Assembly: GCA_035623825.1 (NCBI GenBank)
Contig: DASPSR010000014.1
Coordinates: 1-26,009, forward strand
DNA: 26,009 nucleotides
DNA from: Nitrospirota bacterium
Lineage (GTDB): Bacteria; Nitrospirota; UBA9217
Reading direction: 5' to 3'
This document shows, in pieces, positions 1 to 9,014 of this stretch. The translations under genes and the position numbers were made by a program. Position 1 is the stretch's first letter. Each line of letters starts with the position of its first letter. A model generated the notes under the pieces. That model saw nothing but the letters and a program-made list of their open reading frames with translations, was not told the DNA's origin and ran no database searches.

Positions 1-141
1 ATCCGGCTGAACGGGGGGATCATCGTGCGGCCTGAGTACCGGCATGACTGGTCGAATAAGAGGTCCTTTGATATCGAGAACGGCGCCCCCACGAAGAAGT
101 CGCAGGATACGCTCGCACTCGGCGTGATGTACAGATGGTAG
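1..141 (+). CDS. C-terminal fragment of a probable outer-membrane beta-barrel/porin (BBP2-like); 5' end outside the window
   Basis: Not in the ORF track. Frame 1 reads IRLNGGIIVRPEYRHDWSNKRSFDIENGAPTKKSQDTLALGVMYRW* (TAG 139-141). It has amphipathic strands, an RxEYRxD motif and a terminal Y-x-W beta-signal. Family name is from recall. Confidence 0.7.
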   Translation: MRLNGGIIVRPEYRHDWSNKRSFDIENGAPTKKSQDTLALGVMYRW

Positions 142-146
142 GAAAA

Positions 147-536
147 ATGAAGACCATTGTTAAAATGCTCATTGCTGTGCTTATCTTATGCACCGGTGCA
201 CCCTTGCTTGCGAATGCCGTTTCCTGGTCCCCCTCGGAAATAGAACGTGAAGAGAAGGCTGCAAAGGGGATCATGGAGAAAAGTGCGGTCGTGTGTCTTT
301 TCCAAAGCGGTACAGCGGATGTCAAAAAGGAGATACACGTCAACGATATACTTATCGTTTACCGTGAGAGCCGGTCCCATCAGCTGCAGGAGGTCGGTAA
401 AATCAGGGTCCTTACCTATGTTGGTGAGGATTACCTGAAGGGTGAAGTCGTGGAAGGTGAAGTGAAAGCCGGCGACATCGCGAAAAAGGGCGATGTCGCC
501 AGCCTCATCATAACAGAGAGCGAAATATGCAAATAA
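147..536 (+). CDS. Exported hypothetical protein, 129 aa
   Basis: ATG 147 lies 5 nt after the upstream stop. Signal peptide MKTIVKMLIAVLILCTGAPLLANA, then a beta-rich C-terminus (VGKIRVL...GEVKAGD). Confidence 0.75.
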   Translation: MKTIVKMLIAVLILCTGAPLLANAVSWSPSEIEREEKAAKGIMEKSAVVCLFQSGTADVKKEIHVNDILIVYRESRSHQLQEVGKIRVLTYVGEDYLKGEVVEGEVKAGDIAKKGDVASLIITESEICK

Positions 537-679
537 GAGAACCACGGTGATTCCACCTCCTCACCAGGCACGATAATTGCCGTTTCGGTCAACAGTCAAA
601 TAAAGGGAATACTCGCCTCCGATCTCGCAAACCGTCTCTTCATATCCTGAACGCCTCCTGCGGCAGCTTTTTGTGTCAA

Positions 680-745
680 GTTTAATACCTTACAATTTAC
701 ATATTTTTTTTTGCACAGTGCAGGGAAAATATGCGAAAATAGAAT
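680..745 (+). promoter_or_regulatory. Putative kdpDE promoter region: T-rich possible KdpE box and -10 element
   Basis: TAGAAT at 740-745 with a poor -35. T-rich tract with TTTAAT, CTTACA and TTTACA at 681-701. TGCAC-A-GTGCA palindrome at 712-722. Match to the E. coli KdpE box is loose. Confidence 0.3.
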
Positions 746-781
746 AGTCGCAAGTATCGGCAGAGGAGTCCGATAACGAAC

Positions 782-3478
782 ATGGAAGAACGAAGACCTA
801 GCCCCGATGAACTTTTGGACCGGGTGCGCAGGGAAGCCGAGAGAAGCCGGGAAGGGCAGCTCAAGATCTTCTTCGGCTCGGCACCCGGTGTGGGAAAGAC
901 CTATGCCATGCTCGAGGCTGCTCGGCAGAAGAAAAGCGAGGGCGTGGACATTATTGTCGGCCTCGTCGAGACACACGGCCGCAAGGAAACTGAGGCGCTC
1001 CTCGAAGGACTGGAACTTTCCCCCCGTCGTATCGTCGAGTATCGAGGCACGGTGTTGAAGGAATTCGACCTCGATGCCGCTCTTCGCCGTAAACCCTCTA
1101 TCATTCTCGTCGATGAGCTCGCCCACACCAACGCCCCCGGCTTGCGCCATAAGAAACGCTGGCAGGATGTCTACGAACTGCTCGGCGCCGGGATTTCGGT
1201 GTATACGACTGTGAATGTGCAGCACTTGGAAAGCCTGAATGACATCGTGTCCCAGATCACAGGCATCAATGTCCGGGAAACTATTCCTGATTTCCTCCTC
1301 GACCGGGCCGATGAAATAGAGCTCATTGACCTGCCGCCCGACGATCTCCTTCAGCGCATGAAAGAAGGAAAGGTCTATATGCCTGAGTTGGCTGCGGTTG
1401 CCGTCGAAAATTTCTTCCGAAAGGGCAATCTGATCGCGCTTCGCGAGCTAGCCCTGCGCCGTACCGCCGACCGGGTCGACGAGCAGATGCAGATCTACCG
1501 GCGCGACAAAGGGATCACTACCATCTGGCCGGCCGGGGAACGAATCATGGTCTGCGTCGGAGCGAATCCCCGCTCGATCCGCTTGATCCACGCGGCTAGG
1601 AGGCTTGCTGCAGGGCTGCGCTCTGAATGGATCGCTGTGCACGTTGAAGCACCTGCACGAGTCCGCCCTTCCGAGGAGGATCTCAAGCAACTGGCCGACT
1701 ACATGCGGTTGGCCGAGAGCCTGGGCGCGGAGAGCGTGACACTCTCCGGCCAGCGCATGAGCGAAGAGATCCTCACCTATGCGCGCAGCCGGAATGTGAC
1801 CAGGATCATCGTGGGTAAGCCGACGCACGCCCGCTGGAAGGACAAGATCTTCGGCTCGCCGTTGGACGAGATCGTGCGTGGGAGCGGCACTATCGATGTG
1901 TATGTCATAAGCGGCGACGTGGCCGAACCCCATCTGCACCAGGAGCCGAAGGAGAGGCCTCGCACGTGGCGCAAGAGAGAGTGGGTCGGGAGTTTTCTCA
2001 TCGTGTCAGCCTGCACCGGCATTGCTCAGCTTCTGTTTCCTTATTTCGAGCGGCTGGACATTGCCATGGTATACCTGCTCGGGGTCGTGATAACGGCAAG
2101 CCGGACCAGCAAGTGGCCATCCCTGTTCGCTGCGATCCTCAGCATTGCCGCCTTTGATTTTTTCTTTATCCCTCCCTATTATAGCTTTGCCGTCAGTGAC
2201 ATCCGATATTTCATTACCTTCATCGTGATGTTCATCGTTTCCTTCGTGATCAGCAGGCTCACGCTTCGGGTCCGCCAGCAGGCAGAGGCAGCGAGGCTGC
2301 GGGAACGCAGGACTGCCGCCCTGTACAGTCTAAGCCGAGACCTGGTCAGAGAACGGGGGGCGAAACGGCTGAGCGAGATCGCCGTAAAGCATATCAGCGA
2401 GATGTTCGACAGTCAGGTTGCCATCCTTATCCCCGATGACCAGAACCGCCTTACGCCCACAGCGGGTGGCGCCTTCGCTTTTGCCCCGGACCAGCAGGAA
2501 CTGAGCGTTGCACAATGGGTATACGAACACCGTCAGCCCGCAGGGCTGGGCTCCGACACGCTGCCCGGCGCGAAGGCGCTGTATTTGCCGCTGGTCGCCT
2601 CTGCCGGAGCCATCGGCGTAATCGGCATCCTTCCGAAAACAGCTACGGACGGATTCGAGCCGGAGAAATTTCACTATCTCGAGGCCTTTGCGAATCAGAC
2701 CGCGATTGCCATAGAGCGTTCCTTCCTCGGCGAGGCGGCCCAGCGCGCCCTGCTGAAGGCTGAAACAGAAGGCCTGCGCAATACGCTTCTCAGCTCCATA
2801 TCCCATGACCTGCGAACGCCGCTATCGGCGATCACCGGCGCCGCGACCACGCTGCTGCAGCGCGATGTCCTGATCGACACCGAAAGCCGCCTCGATCTGG
2901 TCAAGACAATCCAGGAAGAGGCGGAGCGGTTGAACCGCTCAATCAAGAACGTGCTCGATATGACGAGGCTTGAATCGGGTGCGATTGCGGTCAACAAGGA
3001 GTGGCAGTCCCTTGAGGAAATCGTGGGCGTGGTGCTTAATCGGCTCGGAGACCGCCTGAAGGATCATCCGGTGACGGTGAAGCTTCCGGGGAACCTCCCG
3101 CTCATCCCCTTCGACGGCCTGCTGATCGAACAGGTCCTGGTGAACCTGTTCGATAATGCCATTAAATACACTCCGAAAGGCACACCGCTTGAGCTTTCGG
3201 CGTCTGAGTCTTTTTACACGGTGACCGTATCTCTGGCCGACCGCGGTCCCGGCATTCCCCCGGGAGAAGAAGAGCGCATTTTTGAAAAATTCGTGACCGG
3301 CCGGGTAACGGGTGGCGGCGTCGGCCTCGGGCTGGCTATTTGCCGCACCATCATCACCGCCCACGGCGGCAAGATATGGGCGGAGAACCGGGAGGGCGGC
3401 GGGGCGGTGTTCCATTTCACCTTATCCTCGGCAGGCCTGCCCCCGCCTCCGAAGAGGGAAGAAGAGGTCAAGGCCTGA
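782..3478 (+). CDS. kdpD: K+-sensing histidine kinase KdpD
   Basis: N-terminal KdpD domain (GSAPGVGKTYAML, VDELAHTN, KRWQDV), Usp-like domain, four TM helices, GAF-like region, H-box SHDLRTPL, N-box NLFDNAIKY, DRGPGI and GLGLAI. Confidence 0.97.
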   Translation: MEERRPSPDELLDRVRREAERSREGQLKIFFGSAPGVGKTYAMLEAARQKKSEGVDIIVGLVETHGRKETEALLEGLELSPRRIVEYRGTVLKEFDLDAALRRKPSIILVDELAHTNAPGLRHKKRWQDVYELLGAGISVYTTVNVQHLESLNDIVSQITGINVRETIPDFLLDRADEIELIDLPPDDLLQRMKEGKVYMPELAAVAVENFFRKGNLIALRELALRRTADRVDEQMQIYRRDKGITTIWPAGERIMVCVGANPRSIRLIHAARRLAAGLRSEWIAVHVEAPARVRPSEEDLKQLADYMRLAESLGAESVTLSGQRMSEEILTYARSRNVTRIIVGKPTHARWKDKIFGSPLDEIVRGSGTIDVYVISGDVAEPHLHQEPKERPRTWRKREWVGSFLIVSACTGIAQLLFPYFERLDIAMVYLLGVVITASRTSKWPSLFAAILSIAAFDFFFIPPYYSFAVSDIRYFITFIVMFIVSFVISRLTLRVRQQAEAARLRERRTAALYSLSRDLVRERGAKRLSEIAVKHISEMFDSQVAILIPDDQNRLTPTAGGAFAFAPDQQELSVAQWVYEHRQPAGLGSDTLPGAKALYLPLVASAGAIGVIGILPKTATDGFEPEKFHYLEAFANQTAIAIERSFLGEAAQRALLKAETEGLRNTLLSSISHDLRTPLSAITGAATTLLQRDVLIDTESRLDLVKTIQEEAERLNRSIKNVLDMTRLESGAIAVNKEWQSLEEIVGVVLNRLGDRLKDHPVTVKLPGNLPLIPFDGLLIEQVLVNLFDNAIKYTPKGTPLELSASESFYTVTVSLADRGPGIPPGEEERIFEKFVTGRVTGGGVGLGLAICRTIITAHGGKIWAENREGGGAVFHFTLSSAGLPPPPKREEEVKA

Positions 3479-3480
3479 CG

Positions 3481-4188
3481 ATGTCGGAAGAGAAAGAACT
3501 TATTTTGCTTGTTGAAGACGAGCCGCAGATGCGGCGCTTTCTCCGAATAACGCTCCAGAGCCAGGGCTATCGCCTCGTAGAGGCGGCTACTGCCCAAGAG
3601 GGCCTGATGCAGGCGACGACGCGTTGTCCCGATGTGGTGCTCCTCGATCTGGGCCTGCCCGATCTCGACGGTCTCGAGGTCACTAAAAGGCTGCGCGAAT
3701 GGACACAAACGCCCATTATCGTCATATCAGCACGGGAACAGGAAATGGATAAGGTCAAGTCGCTCGATGCCGGCGCCGACGATTATCTGACAAAACCGTT
3801 CAACGCAGGAGAGCTTCTCGCAAGGATACGCGTCGCCATGCGACACGCGTCCAGAAGAAATACTGACAAGCAAGAGCCGGTCTTTGCCCTCCTGAACCTG
3901 CGGGTGGACCTGTCGCAGCGTCAGGTATTCGTCGATAACAATGAAGTGCACCTTACCCCCATCGAATACAAACTGCTGACGGTGCTGGTCCGCCATGCAG
4001 GCAAGGTTATCACCCACAGCCAGCTTCTAAAGGAAGTATGGGGCCCCGCTCACGTGAACGAGGTCCAGTATCTGCGTGTCTACATGACGCAGCTCAGGCA
4101 TAAACTGGAGGCCGACCCCGCGAGGCCGCGTTTACTCATGAACGAGCCGGGGATCGGTTATAGGCTAAAATGCGATCCCGAAGAATGA
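3481..4188 (+). CDS. kdpE: OmpR-family response regulator KdpE
   Basis: Start at ATG 3481, 2 nt after the kdpD stop; the track's start at 3340 overlaps kdpD. Motifs VEDE, LDLGLPD, GADDYLTKPF, LTPIEY, YLRVYMTQLRHKLE, EPGIGY. Confidence 0.96.
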   Translation: MSEEKELILLVEDEPQMRRFLRITLQSQGYRLVEAATAQEGLMQATTRCPDVVLLDLGLPDLDGLEVTKRLREWTQTPIIVISAREQEMDKVKSLDAGADDYLTKPFNAGELLARIRVAMRHASRRNTDKQEPVFALLNLRVDLSQRQVFVDNNEVHLTPIEYKLLTVLVRHAGKVITHSQLLKEVWGPAHVNEVQYLRVYMTQLRHKLEADPARPRLLMNEPGIGYRLKCDPEE

Positions 4189-4372
4189 GCCGGGGTAGAC
4201 AAAAGATTTATTGCATGTACGACTTGGTCCAAGAAGCAACCTTTCATGCTCATTGCGCAGGCAGGCGCTCAAAAACATAACAGGAAGCATTTTCTGGACG
4301 GTCCTATGGCAGAGCTGAGGCGCAACCCTAACACAATAGAATCAGCCAGATAGCTTTGGGGCACCCTTCTCC

Positions 4373-4401
4373 TTGCAATGGCAGTGTCCTTGCTATATAA
4401 T
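4373..4401 (+). promoter_or_regulatory. Sigma70-type promoter of the KimA-like gene
   Basis: TTGCAA (4373-4378), 17-nt spacer, perfect TATAAT (4396-4401). Confidence 0.7.
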
Positions 4402-4487
4402 TGAACTGTCTCCATGGAGAGTGTATCGGTGGCGCAGCCGCATGCAACGCTCAACTGCATGAATATTCCGATAAGACCGCATATTGT

Positions 4488-6488
4488 ATGGACCAACCAC
4501 AGAGACCCTCACTTACCCAGCGGTTAAAGACCCTTGTCTTCGGCGGGAAGCATGACATTGAGGATACGTCGCTTTTTCACAGGCTGACCCTCATTGCGTT
4601 CTTCGCATGGATCGGGCTCGGCGCCGACGGCCTTTCGTCGTCCTGCTACGGCCCGGAGGAAGCGTTCCTCGCCCTCGGCAGCCATACCTATCTGAGCATC
4701 TTCGTCGCCATCATGACAGTCCTTACGGTCTTCATCATCTCTGCCAGTTACTCGCAGATCATCGAGCTCTTCCCCTCCGGTGGCGGCGGATATGTCGTGG
4801 CGAGCAAACTGCTTTCTCCCAATGCCGGCATGGTCTCAGGATCGGCGCTGCTCATCGATTACGTGCTCACGATCACCCTGTCCGTGGCGAGCGGTGCCGA
4901 CGCCCTTTTCAGTTTTCTGCCGCCACAGTGGCAGCCGTACAAGCTTGCGCTCGCCGTGTCCGGCGTCATCGTCCTGACCATGATGAATATACGGGGGGTC
5001 AAAGAATCAGTGCTCCCGCTCGTGCCGATTTTTCTTACCTTCGTCGCGACCCATGCGTTCATCATCGTATATGCGATCTTCTCGCACCTGGGCAACGTCC
5101 ATACAGTCATTGACGCAACGCGGGCCGATCTGGCCCGGTCGCAGATGGAACTCGGCACGGTCGGCATGCTGCTCATGGTTCTGCGAGCCTACAGCATGGG
5201 CGCAGGCACGTATACCGGCCTGGAGGCGGTGAGCAACGGCCTTCCCATACTCCGGGAGCCAAAGGTCAGGACCGGAAAGCGCACCATGCGATACATGGCA
5301 ATATCGCTCTCGGTGGTCGTTATGGGTCTGATGGTCGCCTACCTCCTGTACCGCGTTGCGCATGTTGAGGGCAAGACCCTGAACGCCGCGCTGTTCGAGA
5401 AGATGACCGCCGAATGGGGGCCAGGAGGGAACATCTTCGTGTTCGTGACGCTATTGTCCGAGGCCATGCTGCTGTTCGTTGCCGCCCAGACAGGTTTCCT
5501 CGATGGTCCGCGCGTACTCTCGAATATGGCCCTCGACCGATGGTTCCCCACCAAATTCGCCATGCTGAGCGACCGTCTGGTGACCCAAAAGGGGATCCTG
5601 CTCATGGGCGGCGCATCACTGGTAACGATGATTCTTGCCGGTGGATCGGTTTCGTATCTCATCGTCCTGTACAGCATCAACGTCTTCATAACCTTCTTCC
5701 TGTCTCAGCTTGGCATGGTGCGCCATTGGTGGGAGGTACGCGGCAAGGAAGCCCACTGGGAGAAAAAGCTCTTCATCAATGGCGTGGGCATGGTGCTCAC
5801 GTTCTTCATCCTCATATCGGTTACGTTCGTCAAGTTCTATGAGGGCGGCTGGATCACCTTGCTTCTCACAGGAACCCTGGTCGTCATCGCCTTGCTGACC
5901 AAGCGGCACTATCGGAATACGTTCCAGATCTTGAAACGGCTCGACGAGCTGGTGACTGTAGCGGAAGCTTCCTGTCCGGCTTTTCCCGGCGAACAGGGGA
6001 CGCATAAGGAGCTGAAGGTGAAGTACGATCCCCAGGACAAGACGGCCATCCTGCTGGTGAACGGTTTCAACGGCCTCGGACTCCATACGCTCTTCAGCAT
6101 CATCCGCCTATTCGGGGGGATCTTCAAGAACTTCGTGTTCATCCAGGTGGGCGTCGTTGACGCCGGGAACTTCAAGGGAGCCGAAGAAGTGTCCCATATG
6201 AAGGCCGAGGTACGGATGGAATTGGACCGTTACGTGCATTATATGCGGTGTCACGGATATTATGCGGCGGGTTATGTATCGTTCGGGAATGACGTCGTTG
6301 ATGAGGTGGCCCGCCTCGTGCCGGAGATCCTTGAGCGCTTTCCCAACGCGATCCTCTTCGGCGGGCAGCTCGTGTTCCCCAGAACCACATTCCTGTCAGG
6401 CGTTTTCCACAACTACACCATCTTTGCGGTCCAGAGAAGATTTTACAGCCAGGGCATTCCTGTCGTTGTCCTCCCTATCCGCGTTTAA
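4488..6488 (+). CDS. kimA: APC-superfamily permease, KimA-like K+/H+ symporter with C-terminal cytosolic domain
   Basis: About 12 TM helices. KimA-like motifs DGLSSSCYGPEE, FPSGGGGY, DYVLTITLSVASG, TGLEAVSNG and FYEGGW. Adjacent to kdpDE. ATG 4488 preferred because the TTG at 4401 overlaps the -10 box. Confidence 0.85.
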   Translation: MDQPQRPSLTQRLKTLVFGGKHDIEDTSLFHRLTLIAFFAWIGLGADGLSSSCYGPEEAFLALGSHTYLSIFVAIMTVLTVFIISASYSQIIELFPSGGGGYVVASKLLSPNAGMVSGSALLIDYVLTITLSVASGADALFSFLPPQWQPYKLALAVSGVIVLTMMNIRGVKESVLPLVPIFLTFVATHAFIIVYAIFSHLGNVHTVIDATRADLARSQMELGTVGMLLMVLRAYSMGAGTYTGLEAVSNGLPILREPKVRTGKRTMRYMAISLSVVVMGLMVAYLLYRVAHVEGKTLNAALFEKMTAEWGPGGNIFVFVTLLSEAMLLFVAAQTGFLDGPRVLSNMALDRWFPTKFAMLSDRLVTQKGILLMGGASLVTMILAGGSVSYLIVLYSINVFITFFLSQLGMVRHWWEVRGKEAHWEKKLFINGVGMVLTFFILISVTFVKFYEGGWITLLLTGTLVVIALLTKRHYRNTFQILKRLDELVTVAEASCPAFPGEQGTHKELKVKYDPQDKTAILLVNGFNGLGLHTLFSIIRLFGGIFKNFVFIQVGVVDAGNFKGAEEVSHMKAEVRMELDRYVHYMRCHGYYAAGYVSFGNDVVDEVARLVPEILERFPNAILFGGQLVFPRTTFLSGVFHNYTIFAVQRRFYSQGIPVVVLPIRV

Positions 6489-6676
6489 GATTAGATCCCG
6501 ATCCTTATTGTTCCGGCGAACTTGAGAGGACTGCGAGTATCGTCATCTGTGCGAGTTATATTTGCTGCCTCCAAGAAGGCCAGATACTTGTTTCCGCTCT
6601 TTTTATATAGCCATTACCTTTCTTCTTTACGTTACTTATCCCATTCTCAATACCTTTCGAGGAGTGGGATACTTAG

Positions 6677-6976
6677 TTGCCCACTTTGGCAAAGCGGCTG
6701 ATTTGCCCGGTCTCCAGCGTGACGGTGGACCTGAGGAACTACCCTGTGCCGGTTCAGTTAGAAGGCGGGGAAGGTTCTGAAACCCAGGTTTATCCACGAA
6801 ACGGAGAGGATTATATTCGGGAGCGAGTTCTTCCATGTGGATGCAGTGGAACCTGGATGTGCCACAGCATGTTCGATCAACAAGAGTGCCTCCTACATGG
6901 GTGCGATCCGGGGTGTGCGAAGGGTCTTTACTACATTGGTTCTTGCTGTTACAATATAGATAGAAAATCCCGTTGA
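6677..6976 (+). CDS. Hypothetical Cys-rich protein, 99 aa
   Basis: Open frame filling the gap, 9 Cys, TTG start. GAGGAG lies upstream at longer than usual spacing. No family recognised. Confidence 0.45.
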   Translation: MPTLAKRLICPVSSVTVDLRNYPVPVQLEGGEGSETQVYPRNGEDYIRERVLPCGCSGTWMCHSMFDQQECLLHGCDPGCAKGLYYIGSCCYNIDRKSR

Positions 6977-7035
6977 AGCTTTTCAGCAGCCTGTAAAGGC
7001 TTGAGCACAGTCGGGTACAAGAGGGGGATGCAAAG

Positions 7036-7434
7036 ATGTTAAAAAGAACCGGTGCTGCCGCGTTTGTGTTTATGCTGTTCATCTCGTCCGCCGCTGCCGA
7101 AGAACGGCTCGGTGTAGCTGTTTATCCTGGAGCAAAATTCGATCAAGCCCAGACTAAATTGCTTCAGGCTTCCCTGTCCGTTGAAGGGGCCGCGTACCGG
7201 ACCAACGACGATATCGCGAGAGTTATAGAGTTTTACCGGAAGCAGGGGCTCTTGTTCTTGAAGGCCGGAAGCCGGTCGAAAGAGAGTGCTCGATTCAAAA
7301 AAACCGATACCGGTGTAGATGTGGTTGTACAGAACCCGTCGAAGAACTCGAATATAGGTGCGGAGATGAAGGGTACTCTTATTCTGATTTTCAAAAAAGA
7401 GGAGAAGGGGAATAAGCCGGAATTGGCGATTTGA
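7036..7434 (+). CDS. Exported hypothetical protein, 132 aa
   Basis: Purine-rich RBS (GAGGGGG), signal peptide ending in AAA-EE, and a YPGA...TxD...VxxFY pattern. Confidence 0.8.
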   Translation: MLKRTGAAAFVFMLFISSAAAEERLGVAVYPGAKFDQAQTKLLQASLSVEGAAYRTNDDIARVIEFYRKQGLLFLKAGSRSKESARFKKTDTGVDVVVQNPSKNSNIGAEMKGTLILIFKKEEKGNKPELAI

Positions 7435-7570
7435 TTTCGGCAGTCTCGCGCTGAATTTTGAGTCAAGATGCATTTCAGATTCTTTGCATAATGCGAATAG
7501 CTGGACGAGAGCGGCTATCTAGGAGAGCCCCATTCGAGTGGCTGTCAAGTCGTGAAAATTGTCTCATGTG

Positions 7571-7592
7571 AAAAACGGTGGAGAAGCACCGT
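7571..7592 (-). terminator. Possible intrinsic terminator for the minus-strand small gene
   Basis: Minus strand reads ACGGTG-CTTCTC-CACCGT-TTTT, about 90 nt downstream of the stop at 7681. Confidence 0.4.
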
Positions 7593-7680
7593 GGGACAAT
7601 CGTGCACGCGCTGTGTTTCGGCAAATGTCGGGAATTTCAGGTAAACCCCTTTATTCGGACCCCGTCAGCGGACTTTTCCT

Positions 7681-7836
7681 CTATTTCCGTCTCGGGCAGT
7701 TCATGACAGTACACCGAGCGCAATTCTCCTCGTCGTCTTTTTCCATGCCGAAGGGGATCGTTTCCCCGCATTGGCAGACCCAGAAGCCGGATATACTCGT
7801 TCGCAGTTGTTCATCGCAAAACGGGCAGACAAGCAT
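7681..7836 (-). CDS. Small Cys-rich probable metal-binding protein, 51 aa
   Basis: Not in the ORF track. AGGAGG (7850-7845) lies 8 nt before the ATG. Translation: MLVCPFCDEQLRTSISGFWVCQCGETIPFGMEKDDEENCARCTVMNCPRRK*. Confidence 0.8.
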   Translation of the reverse strand: MLVCPFCDEQLRTSISGFWVCQCGETIPFGMEKDDEENCARCTVMNCPRRK

Positions 7837-8055
7837 TGTGGCTTCCTCCTGATCGCAATGATACCCGCCTCTTCAGGCGAAGAGGTATGATCTATATCAC
7901 AGGCAACTGATTGTACGTGGAAGCCTTTATGACACGGCACTTTGAATTGCTGAGCATGTGTCTGCCGATCGTCTGACGATAACCTCTTCATGCCGATAAA
8001 CTCATGAATCGTCTTCTCCGCTCCTCCAAGATGCTATAAGCGAAGACAAGACGGC

Positions 8056-8084
8056 TTGCCATTTGGTATTTCACGGGATATATT
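8056..8084 (+). promoter_or_regulatory. Sigma70-type promoter abutting the mpg start (leaderless layout)
   Basis: TTGCCA-17 nt-TATATT, then 6 nt to ATG 8091. No Shine-Dalgarno. Confidence 0.55.
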
Positions 8085-8090
8085 TTCCCT

Positions 8091-8672
8091 ATGGCCTTTC
8101 ATCGAAAACGTACTGCCATTCTGAAAAAACTCGGGCATCCATTCTATCAACGTGATGCAGAAAAGCTTGCCCGCGGCCTGATCGGAGCGATTCTTGTCCG
8201 TCGCAGCCGTGGCAAAGAATACCGGGCGCGCATCGTGGAAACCGAAGCCTATATCGGTCCCCATGACCGCGCATCCCACTCTTCCAAGGGCCGCACGAGG
8301 CGCAATGAGGTCTTGTTCGGGCCCGCCGGCCGCGCCCACGTTTACCTGATCTACGGGATGTACGAGATGTTCAATATTGTAGCGGGCAAAACAGGCGGCG
8401 GACAGGCAGTGCTCATCCGGGCAGCTGAGCCCCTTGATGACTGGAAGGTCGATCTCTCAGGGCCGGGCAAGCTCACGCTCGCGTTCAAGATCACACGTTC
8501 CATGAACGGCATGGACCTGACCAAGGGCACGCTGTACATTGCGCGCAATCCTGGCTACCGGCCACGGATAAAAAGGGCGAAAAGGATCGGCGTGGATTAT
8601 GCCGGGGAATGGAAAAACAAACTGCTCCGCTTCATCGATGACAAGAGCAAGGCGGTGGTTAACCACAGATGA
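8091..8672 (+). CDS. mpg: DNA-3-methyladenine glycosylase, MPG/AAG family
   Basis: RIVETEAYIG, DRASHS, FGPAGRAHVYLIYGMY, AVLIRAAEP, GPGKL, RIGV. Confidence 0.95.
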   Translation: MAFHRKRTAILKKLGHPFYQRDAEKLARGLIGAILVRRSRGKEYRARIVETEAYIGPHDRASHSSKGRTRRNEVLFGPAGRAHVYLIYGMYEMFNIVAGKTGGGQAVLIRAAEPLDDWKVDLSGPGKLTLAFKITRSMNGMDLTKGTLYIARNPGYRPRIKRAKRIGVDYAGEWKNKLLRFIDDKSKAVVNHR

Positions 8673-8980
8673 AGCCATTATCTCTTCCCCATGACTTCAT
8701 ACTAAAGGAACTTCATCCGGTCTCGCCTGGGGGCCGGATGGCATAATCCTCCGCTCCTTTCATCTCCTCATCCACGACCGTTTTGCCAACCAGATTGGCA
8801 GAGCCGGCCCGCCCTATCGCCTCCGCGGCATCCGTATCTTGACGGCAAGTACTACGAGTTCGCCGAACGTCGCTGAATCGTCGAAAGGTCCGACGCGGGC
8901 GTTGGGCTTCTTTGCTCCCATTCGACTAGTTTGTCCTGACTGCGCATGCCGACCATGTATACGACCTGAGGGATTAAGTC

Positions 8981-9008
8981 TTGACAAAATGCTCGCATCC
9001 ATTATAGT
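8981..9008 (+). promoter_or_regulatory. Sigma70-type promoter abutting the DUF2156 start (leaderless layout)
   Basis: TTGACA-16 nt-TATAGT, then ACCTCC and ATG 9015. No Shine-Dalgarno. Confidence 0.6.
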
Positions 9009-9014
9009 ACCTCC

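Noticed and set aside
1540-1650. c-di-AMP binding by the KdpD Usp domain
   Set aside because: The S. aureus SxS...FTAxY motif is not matched (GAN...WIAVH here).
3340-3480. N-terminal extension of KdpE in the ORF track
   Set aside because: Overlaps the kdpD 3' end; the receiver domain begins at ATG 3481.
4401-4487. TTG start giving a 695-aa transporter
   Set aside because: The TTG overlaps the TATAAT box, so it lies upstream of the predicted TSS.
7655-7675. CCCGTCAGC resembling the 3' part of the ydaO riboswitch
   Set aside because: Isolated short match with no upstream half and no plus-strand gene directly after it.
7559-7991. Track ORFs 7559-7852 (+) and 7701-7991 (-)
   Set aside because: Both overlap the better-supported 51-aa gene and show no recognisable motifs.
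8739-8756. TGGCAT...CCGC as a sigma54 promoter
   Set aside because: GG-to-GC spacing is 11 nt, not 10, and TTGC is absent.
8868-8935. CGCTGAATC...GAAAGG...GCGGG resembling the 5' half of the ydaO c-di-AMP riboswitch
   Set aside because: The GGGGTGAATC and CCGTCAGCTAAC elements are missing, and the next gene has its own promoter downstream of it.
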